IMG/VR virus record: IMGVR_UViG_3300044475_000019 | Coordinates: 1-41,974 of that record | Reading direction: 5' to 3' (one strand) | Length of the DNA stretch: 41,974 nt | DNA from: a virus | Taxonomy: Duplodnaviria > Caudoviricetes | Shown here: positions 15,711 to 25,179 of the stretch, one piece after another | How the letters are laid out: every line of letters begins with the position of its first letter | Numbering within the stretch: position 1 is the first letter of the stretch | Position numbers and translations under genes: made by a program | The notes under the pieces: generated by a model | What the model was told of the DNA's origin: nothing | The model's database searches: none | Seen by the model: only the letters and a program-made list of their open reading frames with translations

Positions 15711-16532
15711 TTACTCGAATTCCATCTCATTGTCGTCTGCGCGCTGCTCGGGGTCGGCTGTCACCAGCTCCCCCTCCAGCACATCCTCCTGCAAGGAGTA
15801 GGCCCGGATCCGCTCCAGGTGCTCTGACTTCATCAGGATGCAGCGGTCCTTGGCCTGCTGCCACAGGCCATCGCCTTCCAGAGCGCGGCGGATAGCCATG
15901 CACGCGGCATCCAGCGCCGCGACATCGCCACACTCGGCCATGTCTGCCTGGATGCCTTCCCAGTCGATTTTCGCCGCCGGGTTGATGACCTTCTCGGTGG
16001 GGGCGTTGGCGGCGATGCGGGAGGCTTCGTCATCGTCGATGATCTCGCTGATGCCGAACGCCATGCGGGCGCACTGGATGTACGCCTTGTGGCGCAACAT
16101 GCGGGCTGGCCACTTTGTCCAGACGCTGGACTTGGTATCTTTACATTCGGCCATGTACTCGGTCACACACACCGGACGCTCGCGCCCCTTGATGAACATG
16201 CGGCAGGTGATTGCGGTCAGGTTGCCGTTGGCGTCGAACTTGTCGCCAAACTCCACACCGTCGAACTCGGGGCGGCGGTTCACCATCTTGTACCATCCAT
16301 CCACCATCACCACCACGGACAGCTTGCCGCCGCTGACGAATGCAGCGCACTCCTTCACTAGCGGATTAAGGCCGTAGGTTGCGCAGACGCCGGTGACGAT
16401 GGCAAGTTCTGCATTGGTGGCTTGTGCGCCATGTTGATTCTTGGCGCTGACGATCATTCCCTTCAGGACTTCAGTGATGTCTTCCGGGCTGGCCCCGGTG
16501 TTCTGGGCGATGACTGCGATTGCGTTGCTCAT
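15711..16532 (-). CDS. recT: RecT/Bet-family single-strand annealing protein
   Basis: YGLNPLVKE, VDGW, WTKWPARMLRHKAYIQCARMAFG motifs; CACAGGAGA RBS. Confidence 0.9.
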   Translation of the reverse strand: MSNAIAVIAQNTGASPEDITEVLKGMIVSAKNQHGAQATNAELAIVTGVCATYGLNPLVKECAAFVSGGKLSVVVMVDGWYKMVNRRPEFDGVEFGDKFDANGNLTAITCRMFIKGRERPVCVTEYMAECKDTKSSVWTKWPARMLRHKAYIQCARMAFGISEIIDDDEASRIAANAPTEKVINPAAKIDWEGIQADMAECGDVAALDAACMAIRRALEGDGLWQQAKDRCILMKSEHLERIRAYSLQEDVLEGELVTADPEQRADDNEMEFE

Positions 16533-16990
16533 TTGGGTTCTCCTGTGTATTTGACTTTTTTAATGGCGTAAATTGCTCGATGGTATGCTTCGCCAACGCA
16601 GGTTGCTGTCACACCTTTCCCTTGGTGCGCGTTCATCATGCCCTCTAATGCCGCCAGCAACTCATCCACCTGCGCCTGCAGGTCTGCGGCGAGGGATGCC
16701 TCTTTGATGGCGCGGGCTTCCCATGTTGCGGGATCGGAGTTCGCGTCGGCAAGCCGACTGATGGCTTCCTTCATGGAGCCAAGCTCCATCGCCTCCAGTT
16801 GCTCTGTGGTCCAGCCCGCGCAGGCATTCACGCAGGCCACAATGCGGCGGGCGTCATCTATATTTTTTATTGGCCCGTAATGGCCATATTCGTCTTCCGA
16901 TTCAACCACAACCCTCTCGCTTTTCGTGAGTATGCAAAACCCCTCGGATCTTGCCTCGACAACTCGAAATTCATCATTGTATTGTGTCAT
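16529..16990 (-). CDS. Hypothetical protein
   Basis: DARRIVACVNACAG and ELLAALE motifs seen in phage early proteins. Confidence 0.75.
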   Translation of the reverse strand: MTQYNDEFRVVEARSEGFCILTKSERVVVESEDEYGHYGPIKNIDDARRIVACVNACAGWTTEQLEAMELGSMKEAISRLADANSDPATWEARAIKEASLAADLQAQVDELLAALEGMMNAHQGKGVTATCVGEAYHRAIYAIKKVKYTGEPK

Positions 16991-17023
16991 TTCTCTATCC
17001 CCAGTTCATGTAAGAACGCCACA

Positions 17024-17052
17024 ACTCTACGTCATGGCGTTATTTATTGCAA
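17024..17052 (-). promoter_or_regulatory. Sigma70-like promoter
   Basis: A-rich upstream tract, TTGCAA-17 nt-TAGAGT. Confidence 0.6.
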
Positions 17053-17080
17053 GTCGTTTTGTGTTTTATTTTCATGCAGG

Positions 17081-17869
17081 CTAACTGCGCGCCCAGCGCG
17101 GCAACTCCAGCACCTCGACGTGCATGCCAACCCCGAAGGCCTCCATCTCCCGCACGCGCTCAAGGTCATCGCGGTATTCTTGGCGGCCAGCCTCGACCCA
17201 CGCCTGCTCCAACTCGAACACCCTCACCGGATGCCGCCCGATGCTCCGGCGCTCGCCCACGGCCACGAAGATGAATCGCGGCTTGTGGCCTGTCCACTGC
17301 TCGTAGATGTCCGAGTAGAAAGCCGCCTGGACGTAGTAGCGGAACTTCTGGATGGAGCGAGCCAGGTTGTCTATGTCGTCCACCTTCTTCACGTCCACCA
17401 GGATGTTTCGATCCCGGAGCAGGCGATCCGGCCGGCACTTCACCCGCACACCTTCCAGCTCTCCGAAGATGCTCGACTCGCTGACACCCGGGCTTGTCAG
17501 CAGCTCGCGCGCCGTGGGGTGGGCCATGATGCTGTCGCGCATGGCGATCACTGAGTCGTAAGTGTCGGCGTCCAGGGCGATCTTGCCGGACGCTTTGCAG
17601 GACGACAGGAACGCATCAAAGCGAGCACGGTCGGCTTGGGTGCTTCGTCCAGACGGTGCCTTGCGGTAGGTGCCAGCGAAGACGTCCGGCTCCAGCGTGG
17701 CGCAATGCACATGGGTGCCGAGGTCAACGGGGTCGCTTCCTTCGCTTGGCGCGTTGCGGGCCCACTCCAGCAGGGCGGGTGACTGGTGGATATAGTCAAG
17801 GTCAGACTTGGAGTAACCGCGCTGGGCGCGGTACTCGTCGTTGGTGAGGTTGCAGACTTGGTGGGCCAT
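17081..17869 (-). CDS. RecE / exonuclease VIII-like PD-(D/E)XK nuclease (DUF3799-like)
   Basis: SKSDLD, LGTHVH, KCRPD, VDVK and YYVQAAFY motifs; near recT. Confidence 0.9.
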   Translation of the reverse strand: MAHQVCNLTNDEYRAQRGYSKSDLDYIHQSPALLEWARNAPSEGSDPVDLGTHVHCATLEPDVFAGTYRKAPSGRSTQADRARFDAFLSSCKASGKIALDADTYDSVIAMRDSIMAHPTARELLTSPGVSESSIFGELEGVRVKCRPDRLLRDRNILVDVKKVDDIDNLARSIQKFRYYVQAAFYSDIYEQWTGHKPRFIFVAVGERRSIGRHPVRVFELEQAWVEAGRQEYRDDLERVREMEAFGVGMHVEVLELPRWARS

Positions 17870-18204
17870 TACTGTATGTCCTCCACAGCCATAAGCGCCT
17901 TATGGCATCGAGACGGGAATGATTGCGCCTCGGGGATCTCTCCGGTAGCCATGCGCAGAAGCTCGGCCAGTTCTGTCACTTGCTCCCGCAACATCACCAG
18001 CTCGGACTGCTCGCCATTGGCATACAGCCTCAGCCCGGTGTCGGCGATCTCGTCAACGGTGAGGAAGAATGACGGCATCCATTCCTTCGCCGTCAACCCC
18101 CAACAAAGAACCTTGCCATCATCCAGTTTGTACCAGCGCGGGTCCCCGTTCGGGATGGTTGCGTGGGTGGTGCCTTCAGGTGCTGCTGTCCAGTCGATTA
18201 CCAT
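17869..18204 (-). CDS. Hypothetical protein
   Basis: CACAGGAGA RBS; IDWTAAPEGTTH N-terminus. Confidence 0.7.
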   Translation of the reverse strand: MVIDWTAAPEGTTHATIPNGDPRWYKLDDGKVLCWGLTAKEWMPSFFLTVDEIADTGLRLYANGEQSELVMLREQVTELAELLRMATGEIPEAQSFPSRCHKALMAVEDIQ

Positions 18205-18253
18205 GGTTTTTCTCCTGTGTGGTGTGTGGGCCACCGCAGCGGCCATTGTTGCA

Positions 18254-19357
18254 TCAGTAATGAATGCGGCAGTTCGGCACAAGACCAGTCCCGATCGCCG
18301 TCAACACCTTCTTGCCCATCTCGACATCGATCCCGGTCTCGGCCATCAGCGCATTCAGAGCGGCGCGGTTGATTGCGGCTCGGTGCGCCTTGTCGTCCTC
18401 GCGGGCCTTGCGGGCTATGGCTAGCTGACGTTCCTCTTCGGCAAATCGATCTCTCTCGGCAATTGCTGCCTGCTCTGCTGCATATTGCGCCAGCTCCTGG
18501 GCATCTTTCTCTGCTGCAATGCGGCGTTGCTCGGCCGCTTCTGCGTCTGCCAGACGGCGTTGCTCGGCTTCCGCTGCCCGCTGCTCAGCCAACTTGGCGT
18601 CCAGCTTGGCTTGCTCTTCCCGCTGACGCGCCTCTGCTGCACGGCGCTCCGCGTCTTCACGGTCACGGCGTGCGCGGGCTTCTTCCTCTTCGCGGGCCTT
18701 TCGGGCTGCTTCCTCGGCAATCAGACGTTCACGCTCCTGCTGCTCGCGGATGGCGGCTTCGGCTTGCAGGCGTGCCAGCTCTGCGGCCGTTGCCTCTTCG
18801 CGCTCCATGCGCTCCAGGGTGTCGCGAAGGACGGTGGTTGCCGTCTCGTAGGATGCCTTGGCTTTCTTGGCCAGCTCGGGCCAGAAGTCGTCCAGATTGA
18901 CTGCCTCGACCTCTGCCAGCGCAGACCGCGCAGAATCGCTTGTATTGAATTCCGACATGCAGCGCGTAGGGATGCCGGCCAACATGTCTAGGATTGCATC
19001 CTGCGGCGCCTGAGCAACCTCTAGCGGCGCAAGAATGCCAGCCTTGAGGTTGTCGAATCGCTCAACGCTCTCGCGGGCGTTCGCCTCCAGCACTTTGGGG
19101 ATCGCCTTGATGGCCCGCAGGTGGTCGCGGATCGGTTTGTCGATGGCGGTTTTACTGCTGGCAACCTTGGCAGCAAGGGCCTTGATGCGCTTGCGGCCTT
19201 CCTCGGTCTCGACGTCCGGCACCTCGGCGGTGACTTCGGCCTCGACCTGCTTGAACATGGCCTCCAGCGCTGCTGCGGTGAAGTGCGCCGGGATGCTGGG
19301 CAGGTTGTCGCCGGTGGCGTCGGCTGGGGGTAGGGTGATGAGTTCGCTGGCGGTCAT
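18254..19357 (-). CDS. Coiled-coil phage protein (often labelled TolA-like)
   Basis: PDVETEEGRKRIKALAAKVASSKT N-terminus, Ala/Glu/Arg-rich coil, HRAAINRAAL...I.Y C-terminus. Confidence 0.8.
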   Translation of the reverse strand: MTASELITLPPADATGDNLPSIPAHFTAAALEAMFKQVEAEVTAEVPDVETEEGRKRIKALAAKVASSKTAIDKPIRDHLRAIKAIPKVLEANARESVERFDNLKAGILAPLEVAQAPQDAILDMLAGIPTRCMSEFNTSDSARSALAEVEAVNLDDFWPELAKKAKASYETATTVLRDTLERMEREEATAAELARLQAEAAIREQQERERLIAEEAARKAREEEEARARRDREDAERRAAEARQREEQAKLDAKLAEQRAAEAEQRRLADAEAAEQRRIAAEKDAQELAQYAAEQAAIAERDRFAEEERQLAIARKAREDDKAHRAAINRAALNALMAETGIDVEMGKKVLTAIGTGLVPNCRIHY

Positions 19358-19487
19358 GGTGGTTCTCCTGTGTGGTTTGGTGCGGCGCGTGTCGCTGGCA
19401 CAGGGAAAGAATACACCGACAGGGGTTTAATGCAAGGAGAATTGTTTAAATAAATAACCCCGCTCGGGGCGGGGTTGGGTGGAGTGG

Positions 19488-20063
19488 CTAGTGCGTTCGG
19501 GTAACCGTAATGGTTCCGGCTTCCTTGTCCTCCGAGAAAATGAACCTCCTGGCCGCAGTTGACGCCAGCACGTGGAATGAGTTCTTGATCCGTTTCTTGT
19601 CGGTGAGGCTGTAGGGCCTTGACTCACCAACCTCCAGTCTTGATGCGTAGACCTTCCCGTTTTTTTCTGTCGGTGCCACCGGAGCTGGTTTGGTTCGGTA
19701 GAATTTCAGCACAATTTCAGCCAGTTGCCTGCCGCTCTTGGGCAGCTCAATCGCCCCGCGGGCCATTCCATTGATGGCATTTAGCTGTTCAAAAGATAGG
19801 GACTTTGACATTCCATCAAGCAATTTATCCAGGCTGTCCTCAATCGATATTGCTATCCGCTTACCATCAGATTCAATTTCACGATCCCGGATCATCTCGC
19901 TAATGATTTCTTCGAATGATCCACCGTTCGCAGTTTCAGCCTTGAAGTAGTCTCGCTTGACGATGTATCCACGGATCCAGCTTGTATGAACCCAGTCGCT
20001 TCCGGTGATCTTTGCTCTGGAGTGGATCATGCCGATGATTGCTGATTTAGTTTTTGTGGTCAT
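19488..20063 (-). CDS. Hypothetical DNA-binding protein; N-terminus resembles primase C-terminal domain
   Basis: 191 aa; ATGA overlap with upstream gene; see finding. Confidence 0.7.
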   Translation of the reverse strand: MTTKTKSAIIGMIHSRAKITGSDWVHTSWIRGYIVKRDYFKAETANGGSFEEIISEMIRDREIESDGKRIAISIEDSLDKLLDGMSKSLSFEQLNAINGMARGAIELPKSGRQLAEIVLKFYRTKPAPVAPTEKNGKVYASRLEVGESRPYSLTDKKRIKNSFHVLASTAARRFIFSEDKEAGTITVTRTH

Positions 20064-20572
20064 TTGCGGTTGGCTCCGGTCATGCGCATCTTCTTGCCGC
20101 TGGCGTCAGTCTCAGCAGCACCGGAGGAAATCAATCCTGAAACAACGGAGCCAAAAATGTCATCACAAAATTTTCCGTTATGACAGAGGCTCTTGCGGCG
20201 TTTAACTTGCGCTTTCACCACAGAAACATAACGCCACCCTTCCCAGTCATCTTTTTTGTGATCTGCGCCAATCATGTTTACGACTGCGCGCCCCATTGCC
20301 TCAGCAATGTGATCATCGCGGCGTTCGCTATCTGCCACATAAAAACCAATCCTCCCAAGAAGCCACCTAGAAAGGGCTTTTCGATTGGTTGGGAGAATGC
20401 GTACTCCCGTTTTTACCAAACTTGCGAAAGTCTTGATTTCGTCGGTGAGATCATCGCCTTGGAAGAACTGTTCCAGCAAGACCAATTCTGCCGAAGAAGT
20501 TTTTGGTAGTGGGGCGAATTCGTTGCTCAGTGAGTCAATGATCGCGGATTGGATTGGGGTTAGGGTTTTCAT
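20060..20572 (-). CDS. Hypothetical protein; C-terminus paralogous to primase C-terminal domain
   Basis: GAGG RBS; DDWEGWRYVSVVKAQVKRRK versus primase DDQDGWRYISVIKAQMKRRK. Confidence 0.75.
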   Translation of the reverse strand: MKTLTPIQSAIIDSLSNEFAPLPKTSSAELVLLEQFFQGDDLTDEIKTFASLVKTGVRILPTNRKALSRWLLGRIGFYVADSERRDDHIAEAMGRAVVNMIGADHKKDDWEGWRYVSVVKAQVKRRKSLCHNGKFCDDIFGSVVSGLISSGAAETDASGKKMRMTGANRK

Positions 20573-20662
20573 GGTGTTGCCTCGCTATGGGCCGCTAGTG
20601 AAGTGCGTCGGCTGGCAATGCTAGCGTTTCACTGCCCCGGTGCCCCGGTGCCGACGAATTGA

Positions 20663-20691
20663 ATCTTGCAGGATCCGATTCGTCGCGTCAA
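20663..20691 (-). promoter_or_regulatory. Sigma70-like promoter
   Basis: TTGACG-17 nt-CAAGAT upstream of 20572. Confidence 0.5.
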
Positions 20692-20789
20692 CCACGATGC
20701 AAAGGAAATTTTCTGCTCAGTGCTCGCCACACATCCAGCTAGTGGCGTCAGCCACGCCAAAATAGCCAATTGATTTCAATTTTTCGCTG

Positions 20790-21060
20790 AAACCAAGTGC
20801 TGGCGCGGCTTGCGGAGCAGTTGGCAGAAAAAGGAAAACCGAATCTCAATGAAGAAACCCAGCAATGGCGAGGCTTGCAGTTGATTATGTTACTTAGGTA
20901 TTTTTTACTTTAATTAAAATCTATTATCTATTATTTTAATATAAAGGGGGGATACCTAAGTGCCCGCCCCGTATTCTCTTAAAATACCAGAATCCAGAAT
21001 CACTATAAGAGCCCACAAACATAAACATAAAAGGCCGCAAGCTGCATTATTGCTGGGTTT
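20790..21060. other. Putative replication origin
   Basis: Non-coding, next to primase-helicase; three 26-bp related repeats converging on an AT-rich core flanked by a perfect 10-bp inverted repeat. Confidence 0.65.
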
Positions 21061-21243
21061 GCTGGATTTTGCACTTAGTCATTTTCGGTGTTGTTTTGAC
21101 TGCATAACTTCCAAGTCATTTCCAATCAGTATTTAACAATAATTTAACATTGGAATCGATTTAGAAATGTTGCTGCAAAATCCATTATCCGTGCACAACT
21201 CGAGATCACGCATTTAGAGTGCCAGCCCCAGCCATCCAGACGT

Positions 21244-21272
21244 AAAAAAGGCCGCTCATTGGCGGCCTTTTC
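21244..21272 (-). terminator. Intrinsic terminator after primase-helicase
   Basis: AAAAGGCCGC-TCATTG-GCGGCCTTTT hairpin with T tracts on both strands. Confidence 0.75.
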
Positions 21273-21291
21273 TTAGTGGTATACCCTGCTC

Positions 21292-24000
21292 CTACTTCCT
21301 CAATCGAATCTGCTTCCCTGTCGGATCCACCTCCACCTTGCCTCCCAGCATCGCCAGCGCGTTCTGCATGGCATCCTGGTTGGCCCCGTCCAGCTGCTTC
21401 TGGATCTGCTGGTAGAACTTGCGTCGCTTCATCTGCGCCTTGATGACGCTGATATATCGCCAACCATCTTGATCGTCCCTGCGGCGGTCTACGTTGATCA
21501 TCTTGAGGATTGCTGCCTGCACCGCCTCCAGGCGCGCCTCCACGGTCTCCTCAGTGGCACCCTCGTTGATTTTCAGGTTGCTGGTTAGGTGGTCCAGGCT
21601 CAGCAGGGTCAGCATCAGCGCGTAACGCACGTAGGAGCGCTCCACGCGCGCGCCGTCGCATCCGTAGTTGCCCAAGGCCATGATGGACGACAGAGACATC
21701 ACACGCTCAACCAGGCGCGCATAGATTGCCCCCACGCGAGGATGGTTGCGGTAGTGGTGCTGGTCGTAGTGGTTCAAGATGGCGTCCAAGTCCTGCTCCG
21801 CCTCCGGCGTCAGGTGGTAGCCGAACGGCACGCCGTTGAACTCGCTGTCCACGCTGCGCTTGCTCTGATCGTCGGCCAACTGGCAGATAAGGCCGATCTG
21901 CGCCTTGAGCATCTCAAACTGCATGTCCTGGCCGTCGGCTTGCGGCTTTTTCAGATCGGCAATGGTCAGGCGCTGCGGGGCACGCTCAATGCCACAGTCG
22001 TTGATCAACGCTCGCCCAAGGAAGCCTGACTCTATGCTGTCCTCGTCCACGATGGCGGCCAGCTTCTGTGGCGTGGAGTAAGCCAGTAGATGCAGAGATG
22101 GGTTGCGCACACCATCCCGGGCTGTGATCGCCCGCTTGTCGTGGTCGGCCAGTTTTCGCTCCAGGTGCTCGATCTCCAGCTGCGCCTTCTTGATGCGCGC
22201 CTCTTCGTGATCTTGGTTCATGTGGGCGATGGCCTCTCGCTTGGCCTCGATCACCTTCTCAACCCGGGCGCGGGCCGTCTCGATGTGCGCAAGGAACTCA
22301 TCCCGGTGCAGCTGTGACAGCTTGTAGCAGGAGGTGGTGGATAGCTCCATCAGCGTGCTGATCACGTTGCTCATGTGTTTGTTCTGCTGGCTGCCCGAGT
22401 TGGACGTCAGGATCTTCTGGGCCTCGTCCACCACGTAGAAGCAGTGACCGTTGTCGTAGATGGCGGAGCGGATCACGTCCTTGTCGGATCGGATGTCGCC
22501 ATAAACCGTCTTGCCGTGGGCGTCCAGCAGGTTCTTCACCACCCGCTGCGGCCACTCCTTGCCCGCCGCCGACATGCCCAGGGTGAGGGTGATCAGGGAA
22601 AGCTTGGTTCCTCCGATACCTTCCAACCCCGCCCCGGCCATCGCCATGCACTGCAGCGCCATGGCGGAGTATGCCCCGCCGCTTAACTGGCGGTTGGCCC
22701 CGTTGCGGATGTACTCCACGATCCGGCCGGCAAGCCCGGGAGGGTTGTCGATGTCCATGCCGTCAAAGTCGATGACGGGGGGCAGGTCGCTTTCCTTGGG
22801 TTGGGCCTTGCGCTTGGTGGTAGCTGCTGCCGGAGCAGGCGCCGCGCCTGGCAGCGTGAAGCCGAATGGAGTAGGTTGTGGCATGGTCGGCACGAGCTCC
22901 GGTGTTGGTTGTGGCTCGGTCTTGGTGGGCTTTGCCACCCCGCATGCCTCCCGATCTGCGGCGATCGCCTGACGCATAGCCTCCTTTGTGGTGTCAACCC
23001 CGTGCGCCTGCCGGTAGTCGTCCCAGTCCCCCAGCTCTGGAGGCAGGGACACGGTTGCACCGATGGGGGCGGCGGCGTCTTTGGCGTAGCGCAGGCCCGC
23101 GCCGTGCTCGTCGTGGTCAGCAAAAATAACGATCGGCACTCCAGGGTGCCGGCCAGCCACCCATGCAGCCACGGCGGCAAGGTTGCCAGTGTTGAAGGCG
23201 CAGTAGGTCAGTGCCCCGGTCACCTGGTTAACGGTAACGCCGGTGGCGTACCCCTCGGCGATGGCGATCAGCCTCTGATGTCCGTCAAGCTTATGGTAGA
23301 CCGCCCCCATATCGCCGCCGTAGATGGGGCGTTTCTCCCTGTTGGCCTTGATCTTCTGGACGTTTACCAGTGTGGCTCCGTCGCCTTCCGCCTTGTAAGC
23401 CGGCACCAGTAGCAGCTCGCCGGGCTGGATGATGGCCCGGTCACGCCCCATGATCGGCTCTCCGTTCACCAGCCAAAGACCATCCAGCCCCCGATCGGAC
23501 ATGTATGGGTGGGGACGGAGCTCAGACGATGCCAGCAGCGCCTCGGCACCCTTACGCGCCTGCTCGTGATTGGCCTTGCGGATCTGGTCATCGCTGACGA
23601 TTGCACGGTACACCGGCGCGCGGCTGCGCTCGGTGGCATTGCCGAGCAGCTCGTTGGCCATCTCGATGGTGGGCTTACCCAAGAAGCGTGATAGCAGGAG
23701 CAGACCTCCGCCGCTCTGGGGATCGCATTGGGAACAGAACCAAGTGCCGCGCCCGTCCTTGTCATCGAATCGAAACCGGTCTTTCCCTCCGCACACCGGG
23801 CATGGTCCATGGTGCCGACCAGATGGCAGGTGGCACCCGTAGCCCTCCAGGGCCTGTCGCCACGCCCCGTTTAACTCGCGCAACACCCGGTCGATCGGGC
23901 TGTCGCCGTCAGCGCGGTAGCTACCGCGCTCGCTCCAGCATTTGCAGTTGGAAAGAGCCTGATGCCCACATGAGAGCATCAGGGGGAATTTGATTGTCAT
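21292..24000 (-). CDS. DNA primase-helicase (P4 alpha-type Zn finger + Toprim + P-loop domain)
   Basis: HGPCPVCGGKDRFRFDD...WFCSQC; AEGYATG; ADHD; GDWDD; GMSAAGKE; VVDEAQ; probable start MTIKFP after ACAGGA. Confidence 0.9.
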   Translation of the reverse strand: MTIKFPLMLSCGHQALSNCKCWSERGSYRADGDSPIDRVLRELNGAWRQALEGYGCHLPSGRHHGPCPVCGGKDRFRFDDKDGRGTWFCSQCDPQSGGGLLLLSRFLGKPTIEMANELLGNATERSRAPVYRAIVSDDQIRKANHEQARKGAEALLASSELRPHPYMSDRGLDGLWLVNGEPIMGRDRAIIQPGELLLVPAYKAEGDGATLVNVQKIKANREKRPIYGGDMGAVYHKLDGHQRLIAIAEGYATGVTVNQVTGALTYCAFNTGNLAAVAAWVAGRHPGVPIVIFADHDEHGAGLRYAKDAAAPIGATVSLPPELGDWDDYRQAHGVDTTKEAMRQAIAADREACGVAKPTKTEPQPTPELVPTMPQPTPFGFTLPGAAPAPAAATTKRKAQPKESDLPPVIDFDGMDIDNPPGLAGRIVEYIRNGANRQLSGGAYSAMALQCMAMAGAGLEGIGGTKLSLITLTLGMSAAGKEWPQRVVKNLLDAHGKTVYGDIRSDKDVIRSAIYDNGHCFYVVDEAQKILTSNSGSQQNKHMSNVISTLMELSTTSCYKLSQLHRDEFLAHIETARARVEKVIEAKREAIAHMNQDHEEARIKKAQLEIEHLERKLADHDKRAITARDGVRNPSLHLLAYSTPQKLAAIVDEDSIESGFLGRALINDCGIERAPQRLTIADLKKPQADGQDMQFEMLKAQIGLICQLADDQSKRSVDSEFNGVPFGYHLTPEAEQDLDAILNHYDQHHYRNHPRVGAIYARLVERVMSLSSIMALGNYGCDGARVERSYVRYALMLTLLSLDHLTSNLKINEGATEETVEARLEAVQAAILKMINVDRRRDDQDGWRYISVIKAQMKRRKFYQQIQKQLDGANQDAMQNALAMLGGKVEVDPTGKQIRLRK

Positions 24001-24077
24001 GCTGTGATGTCCTGTGTTGTGCCGGTTGTTGTTTGGTTGTGTCAAAGGCCGCCCTGTGCGCGGCCGTGGCGCCGAAC

Positions 24078-24392
24078 CTACAGAGCCGCCTTGATGTCGT
24101 CAATCGCCTTGTTGATGGCGTCCAGCTCGGCGTCGGTGAAGGTGATGTGGCGTTTGCTGTTTCCGTAATACTTGCCGGTCTTGGTGTTGACCTGGTAGAG
24201 GCGAAACAGATCCACCCCGGACGAATCTGCGATCGCCTTTACTGGCACCCCGGCGGAGTAGGCCGCACGGAACCGGTCGATGGTGGGCTGAATGCGCTCC
24301 TGGTCTTCGTTGATCTGCTGCATGGTCATTTTAGTTGAACCTGCCGGGCGGCCCGGTTTGCGCTTGGTAGCCTGGGTGTTTTCGTTGGTCAT
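24078..24392 (-). CDS. Small putative DNA-binding regulator
   Basis: GGAGG RBS; AT-hook-like KRKPGRP and HTH-like VKAIADSSGVDLFRLY. Confidence 0.7.
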   Translation of the reverse strand: MTNENTQATKRKPGRPAGSTKMTMQQINEDQERIQPTIDRFRAAYSAGVPVKAIADSSGVDLFRLYQVNTKTGKYYGNSKRHITFTDAELDAINKAIDDIKAAL

Positions 24393-24438
24393 TTTTGTTC
24401 CTCCATAAAAAGATGTGAATATTATTGCCAAAAATGGC

Positions 24439-24467
24439 TTGCAAGTAAAGCGCTGTTGTTGTTCAAT
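24439..24467 (+). promoter_or_regulatory. Sigma70-like promoter in the divergent control region
   Basis: TTGCAA-17 nt-TTCAAT upstream of the SSB-like gene. Confidence 0.5.
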
Positions 24468-24535
24468 TCACTTCGTCAACGGCGACCAGGGCAGCAGCCA
24501 GGCGCCAACAAAAACCACCAGCAGGAGAAAGAAGA

Positions 24536-25114
24536 ATGAGCGGACTGTTTCTGAGTCAGGTGTCACAGGAAGATCTGGAATACGATGGCTTTTTTGATGG
24601 CCAGAACAAGATCGTACCGGAAGGGTTTGAGGCAAGCGCGATTGTCACCGGCGGATTTAACGGGATCGAAGAGGGTAAGGCGATCCAGTCCTGCTACATC
24701 AACTTCGTGCTGACCACGCCGGGCGAGTTCTACGGCCAGAAGTACCGTTACAACGCCAAGGTGTACGACATGGACGCCGCAAAACGCGATCTGGCCATGA
24801 AGAACCTGTCTGTGCTGGATACACAAGCAGGATTCCCGCTGAGCCATGGCCGTCTCGAGCTGACCACCGAAAACATCGAGGAGCACTGGGCTGGCAAGGC
24901 GCACATGCGGGTCAAGTTCGGCTTGATGGTCGCACAGGACGATGGCCGGGAGATCAACTTTGTCCGCGGCTTCGGCTACCTCCGCGAGAAGATGCTGCCG
25001 CCGGTTGGCCAGCAGACTAGCCAAGAAGTGGCGCAGCAGGCACAGCAAGCGGCGCAGGTCCAGCAGCAATACCAAGGCACGCCGGTTGATAGTGACGGTG
25101 ACATTGGATTCTGA
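24536..25114 (+). CDS. Putative single-stranded DNA-binding protein
   Basis: Gln-rich linker and acidic aromatic-ending tail DSDGDIGF; upstream of helicase. Confidence 0.65.
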   Translation: MSGLFLSQVSQEDLEYDGFFDGQNKIVPEGFEASAIVTGGFNGIEEGKAIQSCYINFVLTTPGEFYGQKYRYNAKVYDMDAAKRDLAMKNLSVLDTQAGFPLSHGRLELTTENIEEHWAGKAHMRVKFGLMVAQDDGREINFVRGFGYLREKMLPPVGQQTSQEVAQQAQQAAQVQQQYQGTPVDSDGDIGF

Positions 25115-25127
25115 GTAACGCAACACC

Positions 25128-25150
25128 AAGGCCGCCGCGCGCGGCCTTTC
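25128..25150 (+). terminator. Hairpin / weak terminator
   Basis: AAGGCCGC-CGCGC-GCGGCCTT followed by TCTCTC. Confidence 0.5.
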
Positions 25151-25179
25151 TCTCACAGGGGAAAACACAGGAGAACGCA

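Noticed and set aside
18254-19357. True TolA membrane protein
   Set aside because: No transmembrane anchor; the similarity is low-complexity coiled coil
20633-20652. Short tandem repeat TGCCCCGG x2.5
   Set aside because: Too short to interpret; no spacers, so not CRISPR-like
20573-21291. CRISPR array or mini-array in the long intergenic region
   Set aside because: Repeats are degenerate, few, partly inverted and irregularly spaced; no cas genes
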